A stretch of DNA of 62,981 nt, counting the filler, from Rhizaria sp. SCN 62-66 (lineage: Eukaryota): assembly GCA_001724265.1 (NCBI GenBank). It is 2 parts of 2 records of this genome, joined end to end, with 100 filler letters (N's around TTAATTAATTAA, not from the genome) between each part and the next. Parts side by side here need not be neighbours in the genome. Positions count along the whole stretch, not along the records: positions 31,543 to 62,981 come from MEDY01000358.1; 1 more part is not named here. One strand, 5' to 3'. Numbering within the stretch: the first letter of the stretch is position 1; each line of letters opens with the position of its first letter. Positions 48,901 to 59,932 of the stretch are shown here, piece after piece. The notes below the pieces were generated by a model. The model ran no database searches. It was not told the origin of the DNA and saw nothing but the letters and a program-made list of their open reading frames with translations. The position numbers were made by a program, and so were the translations under genes.

Positions 48901-51900
48901 TGGCGACTCTGGATGTCGTGACCGCCATGCGCTTCACGTCGGGACTCACCGTCATTGTTGCGCCCGCCGCGCCGCAGCCGTGGCTGAGTATGGCAACCGT
49001 GTTCCGCGTGGTTAACTTTGCCTACGCGCGGTCCATTCGCTTCGACCGGTCGGAGCTGCACATGCCGGTCGGCACAGAACCGCTTTCGCGGGCCGCAACG
49101 ACCGCAGAGGACTTCCCCCAAGACAAGTTCTCCACGGCGTGGGTGGCGCTCACCAATGGCGCACACGCCAGCGCGGCCCGTGCCGACTTGGCGCGCACCG
49201 GCTACGGCGGCGAGTACGGCAACGACGGTGGCAACGGCGGTAACGGTGACAAGTGCAGTCTGCAGGCGGCCCGTAACGCACAGGTCCGCGCGCTGCGCCG
49301 CGCGCGCGCACTGTTTAGGAGCGCACACTGCGACGGCACTCCAGGTGATGACGTCATTGCTGAGAACGAGATCGACCGAACGGGACTCCCGGACACTGCC
49401 GACTTGGCGGCGAGCCCCGAGATGGCAACCGCTGACGCGATCAGCGCCGCACAGAGCCACCTTAAGACCAGCTTCGACGCGCAGATTAGGAACATGTGCA
49501 GTGCCGCTGCGGAGGAGGATGCCGCGAGCGCGCGCATTCGGCCCGACGCGCGCGCGCCGCAGCGCTGCACTGCAAGCGCCAACACCGACACCGCGGCCTC
49601 CGCAGGCGCGGATGATGCAGACGTGTGCCATTGCAGCGCGTGTTATGCGCAGTGGGTCAACGCTCCTGCCTCCAGCGCTTCACACCCGTCGCGCGCTGTT
49701 GCAGTCGGCGACGATGAAGATGGCGCAACTAAGAGCGCGGCCACTGGCGCTGAGAAGTCTGCCGACACGGAGACGGAGGTGTGGACACTGCCAGCCACGC
49801 CGAGCGTGCTTGCGCTGCGCCACGCGCTCTCGCCACAGCACATATTCCGCCGCTACAAGCCCGGTCGCTCCAGGGCGGCGCGGCGCAAGAGCTACTCGCT
49901 GCATACCGTGCTATCGTGGGATGCCGCCGCCGACGCCGCGACGGTGTGGGGCCACGAGACCGAGAACGCGCGTAAGCTCCTCACGACGGCCGCGCCCGCC
50001 GTGCGCGACATGTGCATGATGGGCAACGTCATGCTCGCGTGGACCGCCGTCTCGGCGCTCACAGCGCTATACAGCGAGACGCTTGCGCTCGCGTCACTCG
50101 CACTCTCTGCCGTCGGTGAGCGTGGTGTCACAGCCGCGGTTTCAGACCCCTTTGCGCTGCAGGCGCACGGCTATGCGGCCGGTCTGCTGCCGCAACTGCG
50201 CGCGGCGCTGGTGGCCGTGCTAGAGCGCGCACGGCAGCTCGCCGCGCTGCCGGTGGCCGCGGACGCTGACCCTGTGCAGCTGCTTGCGCCGGGGTACTTC
50301 GACGCGCTCATCACCACGGCGATTCCGACTGACTTCTTCTAGGGACTCGTCCCGGTGCCGCGGACCGTCTCGTACAGAGCCACGTGGTTCCAGACCCGCA
50401 GTGTCTTCGCTGAGCCCTTCGCACCGTCTGTCTGGCACCGCAACGAGGTCCAGCTCTGGCCCACCGCCGCCGCTGGTGAAGGTGTCACACAGCAGCAGCA
50501 GCAGCAGCAGCAGCAACAGCCTGATGCTGAGGGCACGCCGAACCCGGCCGCCGCTGACTCTGTAGCCGCCGGCGTGGCTGCGTGGCGTAGTCTGCTACTG
50601 CTGGGGCCCTGCTCCGCCGACGCCGCATTGCTGTCTTACCGCGACTCGGTGCTCGACTGGACGGGTTCCTGGCGAGGCGACACCGCCCTGGCCGCTTCTA
50701 GCGTCGGTGCCGCACCGGGGTTTCTGTCTGACTGGTTCGCCACGTCCTCACGCCGCCGCACCGCGCCCGCGCCCTTTTCCGCCGACGCGCGCGCTCCAGT
50801 GCGCCACTGGCTCCGCGCGACCACTGACTCCGCCTCGTCCACCGGTGTGCCGGCCCCGCTGGCGGCCACTGTGGACTCGCTGCGGGACGGGCTTGCGGTC
50901 CTTGTTGGCGCGGACACGGCGCCCTGGCTCGCGCAGCACTTCCCCAACAAGGATACGAGCCTTGAGCTGCCGCTACACGGCCGCAGGAAGGCCGTCGCGC
51001 GCGCGCCCTCGCTCGCCGCGCCCGCCGCTGTGTCTACGCTTGTGGGCTATACCGCGCTATTGACCTTGCGCGAGGGCCTCTCTTCCGCCGTCTCGGCGCT
51101 GGCTACGGCGCAATTCAGCCGCGCCGGCTCCGGTGAGGACGAGGACGAGCTCCCTGTGGAGCCGCAGCGCAGCACGATTGCTGCGAGCGCTGTCGCCGCC
51201 ATCGGCGCCCTCACGCGCTCTCTCCGCGACGACGACAACGATCTCGCCGTTTGTGCGAACACAGCTGCTGCGGTCAACACTAGCGCGCTCACTCTGGACC
51301 AGCTCGCGCGCGCGCTGCCGCCGCGCCTGCTGCAGCCCGGTGTATTGCAGACGCTTGCGCACAACATCGCGCACATGTCCGCCGTGGTGGCCCAACGCCT
51401 GCCCGGGCGGCCGTCCACCGCGACCGTGGCCACTGCAGCCGCGCCGTGCACAGGCGTCGTTTGCAGCGCGCCCGCGTTCCTGGCCTGGGTTGGCGAGGTC
51501 GCCGCCGACGGGCTGTCTGGCACTGCTGACGACAGCGCGCGCGCCACGGCCTTCGCAGTCGCGCACTGCGCCGTCATCGAGGGTCCAGAGGGCGTGGCTC
51601 CGCTGCCGCGTCTGGCCGCTTCGACAACAACAACAGCAACAACAACACCAGCGACAGCAACAGTAGAACAGCGCTCGTCGGAGCTCTCCGACTGCGAGGC
51701 TGCGCGCGCTGCGCTCGAGACCCTGTTGGCGAGCGGTGCGGACGCTGTCGACGGCTGGACCTCGCGCCTCGCCAAGATCTCTGGTGATCTTCCCGTCTCT
51801 GCCGCCGCGCTGCGCCCGCGAATGGCCAGCGTTGCCGCACTGTTTGCCAAGACCCCTCTGGGCGCGCTAGCGGCGCTGCTGGCCCACTGGCGGCGCCGCG

Positions 51901-54900
51901 CTGCGGTCCGCGGCCACCCCGCTGGCGGACTGGTCCCCGCGCTGAGCGCCGCGCTCATGTGTCCCACCACCGCGCTGACGCGGGGGCCCGGCGCCGTGCT
52001 GCGCGGCGTGCAGTGGCTCGCGCTCTTCCTCGCTGCGCAGACGCGTGCGCGTGTCGCGGCGGAGGCCGCAGCGTGCTTGCAGATCGCAGCCGGGCTTGTC
52101 GAGGTCGAAATCACTTCCACCTCCGAGGCCGATTCCGCCGCCGCCGCCACCGCCGCCGTCTCTGTGCATTCTGCTCCGGGCGTTGACAGCGATGCTTCGC
52201 AGGGCGCGGCGCTGGAAGACATCGCGCTGTCGTTCAGCAACAAACAGGGTTACATGAACGTTAAGCCCGCGGAGCTCGCGGCACGCATGGGCCCCGTGAC
52301 CGCGGCCGTGCTGCGCGACCGTTCATTCCTCGCACTCGCCGTCGCCCCCGCCGCGGTCTGCGCCCTGTTGGCCGCGCTGGCCCGTCTCAACGCGAACGCC
52401 CCCGAGGCCGTCACCGTGCTCGACAGAGCGCTCGCCGACGCGAACATGACGGTGAACGTCGCGGCCGCCGAGTTTGCGTGCGCCAGCGTCACCGCGCTCG
52501 CCGACAAACTGCGTGGTCCGATTGCGCCAGTGGGTGAGCGCGCGCAGGCGATTTGCGCCGTGGCCGACGCGTTGCGCTCGATCAAGCTCCGTCTCGCAGA
52601 AGAAGGCTTTGCGTGCTACGACGCGTCGTCCGCTCACCTCACCGAGCAGACGCCCTCCGTCTCGGCCGCCGTGCTCAATTGGGCCCAGGAGACTGTCCTC
52701 CCTGTTGCGGCGTTTGACTTCGAGGACGACAGAGACGGCGACGGTGACGACCCGTCTCCTCTCGACTCCGACGCCGCACTGCGGACCCTCGTGGCGCCCG
52801 CACTGGACCAGCTGTTGCATCACACCCGCAGCGCTATGTCGGCCGCGAGTGACGTCTTCGCCGCGGCCGACGGCAGCGCGCCCGCGACTGACGCGGCGAG
52901 CGTGGCCGTCATGGTTGGCGTTAACGTGTCGGCGCGTTTCACTGTGCGCGCGCTGGCCGGGCGCACCGCTGGTATCGTGCGTGCGCAGGTGCACGCGCTC
53001 GTGGCCGCGCTGGCAAACTCTCCGCTGCTGCCATCGGTCGCCGCGCCGCGCGAAGCCACGCCCAGTGGTAGTGCCAGCGACGGTGATGCCGCGCGGCGGC
53101 AGGTGGAGCGGTACATTGCGCTCGACACTGCCGCGCAGGAATTCCTTGCTTCCAATGCCGGGAGTAAGACTGCGATGCTCGACTTGGAGGCCGCGCTGGC
53201 CGTGCCGCTGCAGGACCGCGTCAAGGTAAACTGCGCAGATGCCGCCGCGCTGCAGGCAGATCTGATCGGCGCGGTGACTACGCTGCTGATTAAGGACCTC
53301 GAGGGCACGTTCGCGTCGCAATCCCACTCACAGCCCCAGTCGCAGTCACCGTATAGCCGTGACCGAGAGCAGGCTGCCTCGCTCGCTCGCGGCAGCCTCG
53401 TGGCGAGCGGCCTCAGCAGCCTTGGCGGCGGCAGCGTCTTCAAGATGATGGACGACGACGGCAACGACGACGGCGACAGCGGCTCTGCCGACAGCGAGGC
53501 TGACTCTGCAGATGAAGCTGTTGAGACTACCATCTTGACGAAGGATACGAAGAGCAAGAAGGCTAAGTCCGCGCCGAGTGTTATGGTGCTCGAGGCCGCC
53601 GATTTTCCCACGCTCTCGGTGGAGGCAGCGCTTTGCCACGCCGAGGCGCAGCGCCGGGCGCGCGCCGCACTGTTGCTGGGCTCGCCGCTCTCAGTCACAT
53701 CCCTCCGCCGCAAAAAGTATCTGGCGGGCGAGCGTTCCGCAGCGACGACGGCGGCGACTGCGGAGTGGCTCCGAAGCACGTTGCCGAAGATGACCTCAAC
53801 GCGGGCCCGTGACGACGCGCGTCGCCGCGAGCTGCAGCTTGCACAGCTCAAGGAGCCCGTCAAACGTACCAAACTCAAGACCCCCGTGGTGGCGGGCTTG
53901 ACGCGCAACTTCAAGCGGTTCCGTGCTACGCCAGGCGTGCCGTCCCAGGTGATGTGGTGGCGCGACCTGAAGCTGGACCACTACACAGTCGCCGACAAGA
54001 GGCAGGCCATCAGCGCCGTGGTTGCGCGCCCTTCGCCGCGTGATATTCACAACGCTCGCGCGCGCGTGCTGCTGATGAACGTGTATTCCGTCACAGTGCT
54101 TTCGCAGCTGCTGGAGAGCGACGTCCCCGCAGACTTCGTGGTCTCCTCTGCGGCGAAGCGCCAGGGCGGAGCGCGCATGGCGACTGCGCCAGTTGCGAGG
54201 AAGACGATGCTTCCCTTGATGCTTTCGCTGGCGCAGTGGAGCTCGGCGGGCTCGACTGAGGCTTCGACTCAGATTGCGGGTGCGATCGCTGTGCTTGCCA
54301 AAGACTCAGGTGACCACGAGACGACTGCACTGGCCGACTCCGTTCTGTATCAAGCGTCAAACTGGCTGCGCACGTCGCTCAAGCCTTTCTTGAGCTTGGA
54401 GACGAAGTTCTACGCAGCCGCGGACATCAAAAAGTCTTTTTTCTCACTTAAGTCGCACGTGTCCCCTCTGACTCAGAGCACAATCGACGATCTCGCCAGC
54501 CTCGACGCGCGGCTCATGGGTCCAATGACCTGCACCGCGACGGCCGAGGTGGATACCGCGCTGGACGGCTTCGCCTTTGCGAAGAAGGTGAACCAACTGT
54601 ACATGCTGCCTGAGCCAGCGCCGCGGACGCCGACCAACGTCCCGCAGCAGCTGCTGCCGTCATACTTCTCCAGTGTGATCCGCCAAGCCCCGCTCGATGC
54701 GATGAGTGCGTTGCACATGCTCTACGCGCTCGCCAGCGCTGCGCCGGACGCTGCGCCACCCAGTCTCTGTTCACAGCTTTCCGGTCATCTGACCATGGAG
54801 CTCGACGTCAGCAACGTCTTTTACATCTACGCCATTGCCGCGCGCTTTGTGGCCACCGTGGAGCAGTTAGCGTCCGCTAGCACCGCTCAGCAGCAGCAGC

Positions 54901-57900
54901 AACAGCAGCAGCCACAGCAAGTGCAGTCGCAGCCTAACTACGCGTACGGCGCGCTGCAGACCGTGCTTGACACGACGCTGGCGTTCGTGGCCGAGCACTT
55001 GCCGCTGTTCCGGTCCGCGCTGTTTGCGCACCTCGACGTTACCGCGTGCCTCTCAGCCGCGCACGTGGCCGAGGTCGAGCGCCGCGCGCGGGGCCCCGCC
55101 GTGCTGATGACTTCGCACGTCATGCCGTCGGTGATCCCGCCGCGCGAGCAGTTCGCGTCGGTGCAGCTCATCTCGTACGCAGAAGCGCTCGCGTCGGCGC
55201 GGCAGGCGCGCATGCAGCGCGCGCTAGAGCTGGAGCAAGGCCGTGACGACCTTTATAACACGGACCTCTTTGTTGAGGGCGACGAAGTGCCCAACCAGGG
55301 CCGCCACTTCGCATTGGACGCACACGAGTACGTCGCGGCCACGAAGATCCCGGAGCTGCCCGCGGCGGCGGAGAAGCTGCGCAAGGCGCACGACCGCTTG
55401 GACGTGCTGATCTGTCCACACGCAGGGCCCTCGCACGCCTTCGCACCGGCCGTCGCGGGCGCCGCGAGTCTGGCCCCGCTGGATCCGGCGCACTCGTACC
55501 CGCATCCTGACGACGACGAAGAGCTCCTCAATGGGCCTGAGAGCCGCGGCCATGAGGCGGGTGATGAGGATGAAGACGCTTCATTCTCCGGGGCGGCTGG
55601 GCGCCGGCACCGTGAAGAGTTTTTCGGTCAGAGCCAGCTTGATCCCGACGTCATTGTGCCACAATGGCAGTTTGTGTCGTCTGATGCGCCCGTGCTGCTT
55701 ATTGGCGGCGTCCAGGACTCGCAGCTCTTGAGCAACTCGGCGCTGACGCTGTACGACCCAGTGACGCAGCGCTACACGCCCATCCACGCACGTGGACTTT
55801 CGCAGCATATTTCTCTTGTGTCCGCGAAGCTGCACCTTGTCTTCCGCAAGAAGCGCGCCGAAGTGATCGCTGTGGGCGGGTACTTGCCGCATGGCTCCGT
55901 GGCCGTGCTAGACGTGCTCACTATGTCGTGGACGCTGCGCACAGCCGCAAACGTAAACTTCGCGCCCATGGAGTCGCTCACGCTCAGCGGGTCGTGCGTC
56001 ACGTCGGATTCACTTATCCTCACGTTCGGCTTTGGCGCCAACCGGCTTCCCGTGGAGTTCGTATATAAGCTCTCGCTGGCTGATTTGTCCTGGTCTGGCC
56101 GCGCCGTGGTGCCGCCGCCCGGACTGATCGAGGAAGGCTTCAACTTGGCCGTTATGATGGCCGAGGCTGTGTACGATGCCGAGAGTGACTGTGTGTACAT
56201 CTCCTGCATCGATGGTCACCCCGTTTCCACGGTTGTGTTTCGCTTTGACTTGCTGGCATGGCAGCTGTCACTTATGTTTTGCAATCGCCAAAACTTCAAC
56301 GTGAACCCGGACGACAGCGACGACGATGAAGAGCGCGGCGACAACAACACTCTTAATGCGCCCGACATCGACTTCTCCGCCGCGCGCCTTGTGGCCGAGA
56401 ACGTGCTTGCTGCGTGGATGACCGAGGCCGACGATGAGGACGAGGACGAAGATGAAGACCGCGCATCAAAACTTCCCCCCAATTTGTTTGCACGGACACG
56501 TCCATGCCACTACACTCCAGCTGCGCGCGCCGTGATGGCGCATCTATTCAGCGGCTCCGCGTTAATGGCGCGTGTCATGTGTGCGGGCGACGAACAAGTG
56601 GCCTCCGAGTGGAGCGCTTGCTGCAAGCTGCAGCGGCGCCCTGGACCGTCGCCGCGGACCACTCCGCTCGTGGCCGTGCTGCAGCAAAACCTGCCTGCGT
56701 TCGGCCACTCACCTGAGACTGTGGCGGCGGCGGCTGGCTTCCGCGAGGATTCCGCAGCGCCGACGCATTTCGCGGTCATGCCTCTGCGCGCTGACGATGG
56801 CCGAGACGACAGTGATGCGCTTTACAACAGCGGGGCACTCTACTTCAATGTCTCGCATCACTCCGAAGGCGATTTTGATGACCATGTTATCTCGCCCGAC
56901 GTGCAGCTGCTCACGCTTGGCTGGGTGGTGCGCAGCTTGAACGCTTCTCGAAGCAGGAACCACTGCTTGAGCTCGTGGCAAGGCGGCATTTCCTCCAGTG
57001 TGCTGCGCATCATGAATGTCGACGGCCGTCGTGCCCTCGTTTTTGTCGGCGGACGGCTCTCGCAACTTGCCTCCTCCGGGCGGACGCAACGCGAAGTGAA
57101 GAACTTCCTGCCCGAAAACATTCTGCGCTGCATCGATCTCCAATCCGGTGTGGGGTTCCACATCCGCGCGCAGCTCCACAGCACCGCTGCGCGAGCATGG
57201 CACACTGTCATCGCCACCGACACGTTTCCTGCGCCGGACAAGTGGGTGCTGACAACGCATCTCAGCGCTGACGCCGGGACTGTCGATGCGCAGACACAAG
57301 CAGTCGCAGCGCAGTCACTCTTCAACGTCCACAACTTCTCGTTCGATGCCGCTGAGCAAATCGAGCTTTTCCGCGCGTTCCGGTTCAGCACTACTGCTGA
57401 CCCGACGGGGCTGTGTGCGGCATACCAGCGTCCCGCGGCCACGCGCTCCGGCCGCTTTCTGCACATGATCGGCGGCCTGAACGACAGCAACCGGCCGCAA
57501 ATGCTCGTCGACGTCTACGACTCGTGGACCGGCGCGTGGATGTCGTTCGTGCCGTGCGCATCGACGCAGTCGCGCCGGCCCGGTGCCGCGGGCGTATTGC
57601 CTGCCGCGCTCCGCACGTCCGGCGGTCGCCAGGAGCAGTTGCAGCGGTGGCTTGAGTCCGCGCCGCAGCGGCTCCGCAACGCAGGTCTTATGGTTTCTCG
57701 ATCTGCGCTTCCAGACGGCCACAAACTTGCATTGCCGCACGTGGAGTCACCTGACGACGCAGTCATGGCACTTGACGTCGCGGCAACGATGCTGCAGCTC
57801 GGCGCCGGTGGTTTTGGCGGCGTTGATGTGCGTCGCGACGCGCGCTGGCTTGACCCTGGACTCGGGCAATCCGCGCGTTATGCGCGTGCGACGCCGTGCG

Positions 57901-59120
57901 CCCTCTCGCAGACGCGTGTGCGCAGTGGCGCCGCAGAGCTGCTCGTGCACCGCGTTCTGCTGGCTGGTGCAGGACCTATGTTTGCGCGCGGCGCACACGA
58001 GTCACCTCCGGCGGCGTACGCGCGACTCACTCGCACAGATATTGATTCCATCGAGGCGAAGAGCATGATGATGGAGCGTCTGCCCGCATCAGATGTCGCG
58101 AGCGTACGCCCCGCAGTGCTGCGCTCTGTTATCAAATCGCTCTACTCAGGCGATGTTGACACGGACGCACTGGCGCCCTTCGTGCACGGACGCTTTGATT
58201 GGCTTGCTGATGAGGCTAAGAATGCTATGCATGCGCTGCTGGAACGCGCGCCTGCGGCCCTCGCGCAGCGCGGTTTCTTCGCTGGTGAGACTGTCCGGGC
58301 GGTGCAGGTGCCAAGTGGCGCGCCCACACTGCCTTGGTACAGCCGTCACCTCACGCACTCGACGGCACAGTACTTAACGGTGCAAATGTACGTCGAGAGC
58401 AAGATGCGCGACCTTCTGCTCGAAAGCACCCTTCCTGAGCGGCTGCAGCAGCCGCGGCTCCGCCCGACCATAGCCGTGGCGATCGCGCTGCCACGGCTCT
58501 GCGAGGCGCTGCGCAACGCCTCTAAGCTCCGCGGCCCCAGCGCCGCCCTGAGCCACCTCATTCACTCCGCTGCGCGCTCTTCTTGGGAGAACGGCGTTGC
58601 AGACCAGTTAAAGCGTGCGGCAGCGTCGGTCCCGGGCGCCGCCACGTTCGCGGTCTTGCGCATTCCGCGCGGTGTCTTAGCCGAGTCAGTTTCCCTTGAC
58701 GACCTAGAGCGCCTGTGCACTGCAATAGCGTCCTCTGTCGTGCCGGCGGGCTCTGAGTCCGCGCAGCGCGCGCGCTTTGTGGACCCGTTCGAGCTTCTGG
58801 GCGCGCACGATGCGCTGCAGCTGCCCGGTGCACTGGCGAGCTCGCTCGATGCCATGTTGGTGCGCAGCGTCAACACCGACAGCGCGGTCGCGACCCTAGC
58901 CATGGCGGAGCGCCTTGAGCGTCCTCAGCTTGCGGCCCGTGTCGCACTCTACTGCGCCGCGGTATTCCCTGTTATCTCGCACACACGCGCGTTTACGGAG
59001 CTGCTTTCCGCGCCGATGCGCGCAGCCGTGATGCGGTCGTCGCTGTTCATGCAACAAAAGTCCGTGACTGCGCTGACGATGGCACTCATCAAAATGCTCC
59101 AACAGACACACTCTGCTTGA
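45996..59120 (+). CDS. Giant DHU1-like WD40 + BTB-like + Kelch-like + BTB/BACK-like protein, ~4332 aa; exons 45996-46008, 46135-59120; in-frame TAG at 50340-50342
   Basis: ATG TTT CGC TCA G|gtacga...tag|AT GTG gives MFRSDVYARR. WD40 block: RQFEY, NITRFAN..PSVFASCS.E.TVALWDAR, FSPDD, YTRAYY, VQSLRANP. BTB-like CDVVFV...GH.IVLA and LVHRVLLA...PMF...LRSVIKSLYSG. Kelch-like LLIGG/IAVGG/VFVGG/RAWHT/HMIGG. ORFs 46086..50342 and 50355..59120 share one frame; ends TGA. Confidence 0.83.
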
Positions 59121-59755
59121 TATCATTGCTATTAGAGGTATTTATATCACATTACCGTTAATTAGAATACACTATTACCCACTTGATGCTCCAATTCTGT
59201 CATGTATTTTCACAACGGACTGACAATTTTAACTGCATGTACATGTAGCCTCGCATAATGCCAAGAGAACCTTGAGTGCAACTCCAGTCATGTTATCTTC
59301 AGCGCCAAGAATGTATCTACTTTGGGCGGTTGCGGCAACAAGGCTTACGTCGAGCCTCCGCCTGGTCGTCTTTCCTAACTGCTGGTGGGTCAAGGTCAGC
59401 CCGGCAACACAGTAGCGTGCTGGAACACCAACATGAAAGAGGAACATGTCATTCTGCGATCAAATATAATCTCTGATTATGTATTTTGGACTAAAACATA
59501 CTACACTGTATTTTAATCAAAACTTAGTTAATTGTCGAGTTAAAAAGCATCACATTTTTGACTCGTTGGTTGTTTCAATTCTATAAACAATGTACTTTTG
59601 TACATGTACATGTATTTCTCATACACTTAAGGTCGGACTTGCATCAAGTCTGAAAATATTGCAATTGTACTACATGTATCATTGAATCAAGGTCACAAAA
59701 ATATGGGGGTAATTGGTGTTATTCTACAGTTATGAGTTGGAAGGCTGATTACTTG

Positions 59756-59932
59756 TCATTCAGGCACGTCCGAAGCATTGTCCGTCATGTTGCCACCCGG
59801 CGGCGTCGGCTCCACACTCCCAGCATCTTCTGTGCCAGCAGACTCGGCAGCAGTGCTATTGTCGCCACCGTCCTCGTTCGTTTCCCCCGTCGCCGTCGTC
59901 TCGGGCTGCTCAGTTTGAGTTGACATGATCAT
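59756..59932 (-). CDS. 58-aa acidic ORF overlapping the importin stop (ATGA); possibly the frameshifted continuation of its tail
   Basis: Reads MIMSTQTEQPETTATGETNEDGGDNSTAAESAGTEDAGSVEPTPPGGNMTDNASDVPE*. Coding-like GC content persists to its TGA and then drops to AT-rich. Confidence 0.4.
   Translation of the reverse strand: MIMSTQTEQPETTATGETNEDGGDNSTAAESAGTEDAGSVEPTPPGGNMTDNASDVPE

Noticed and set aside
50294-50342. Possible 49-nt intron GTACTT...CTGAC...TTCTTCTAG removing the TAG
   Set aside because: 49 nt would shift out of the 2921-codon frame, the donor is not GTACG, and it is half the length of the shortest intron here and GC-rich. RNA-seq should still confirm this.
2061-50342. The four TAG-containing genes as pseudogenes or sequencing errors
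   Set aside because: All four interruptions are TAG (none TAA, TGA or frameshift), the downstream frames stay open for up to 9.8 kb, and TAG is absent from all 12 gene ends. The 3' contexts (CGG, CCC, CGA, GGA) share no leaky-stop motif such as CARYYA. A-to-I editing to Trp is not formally excluded.
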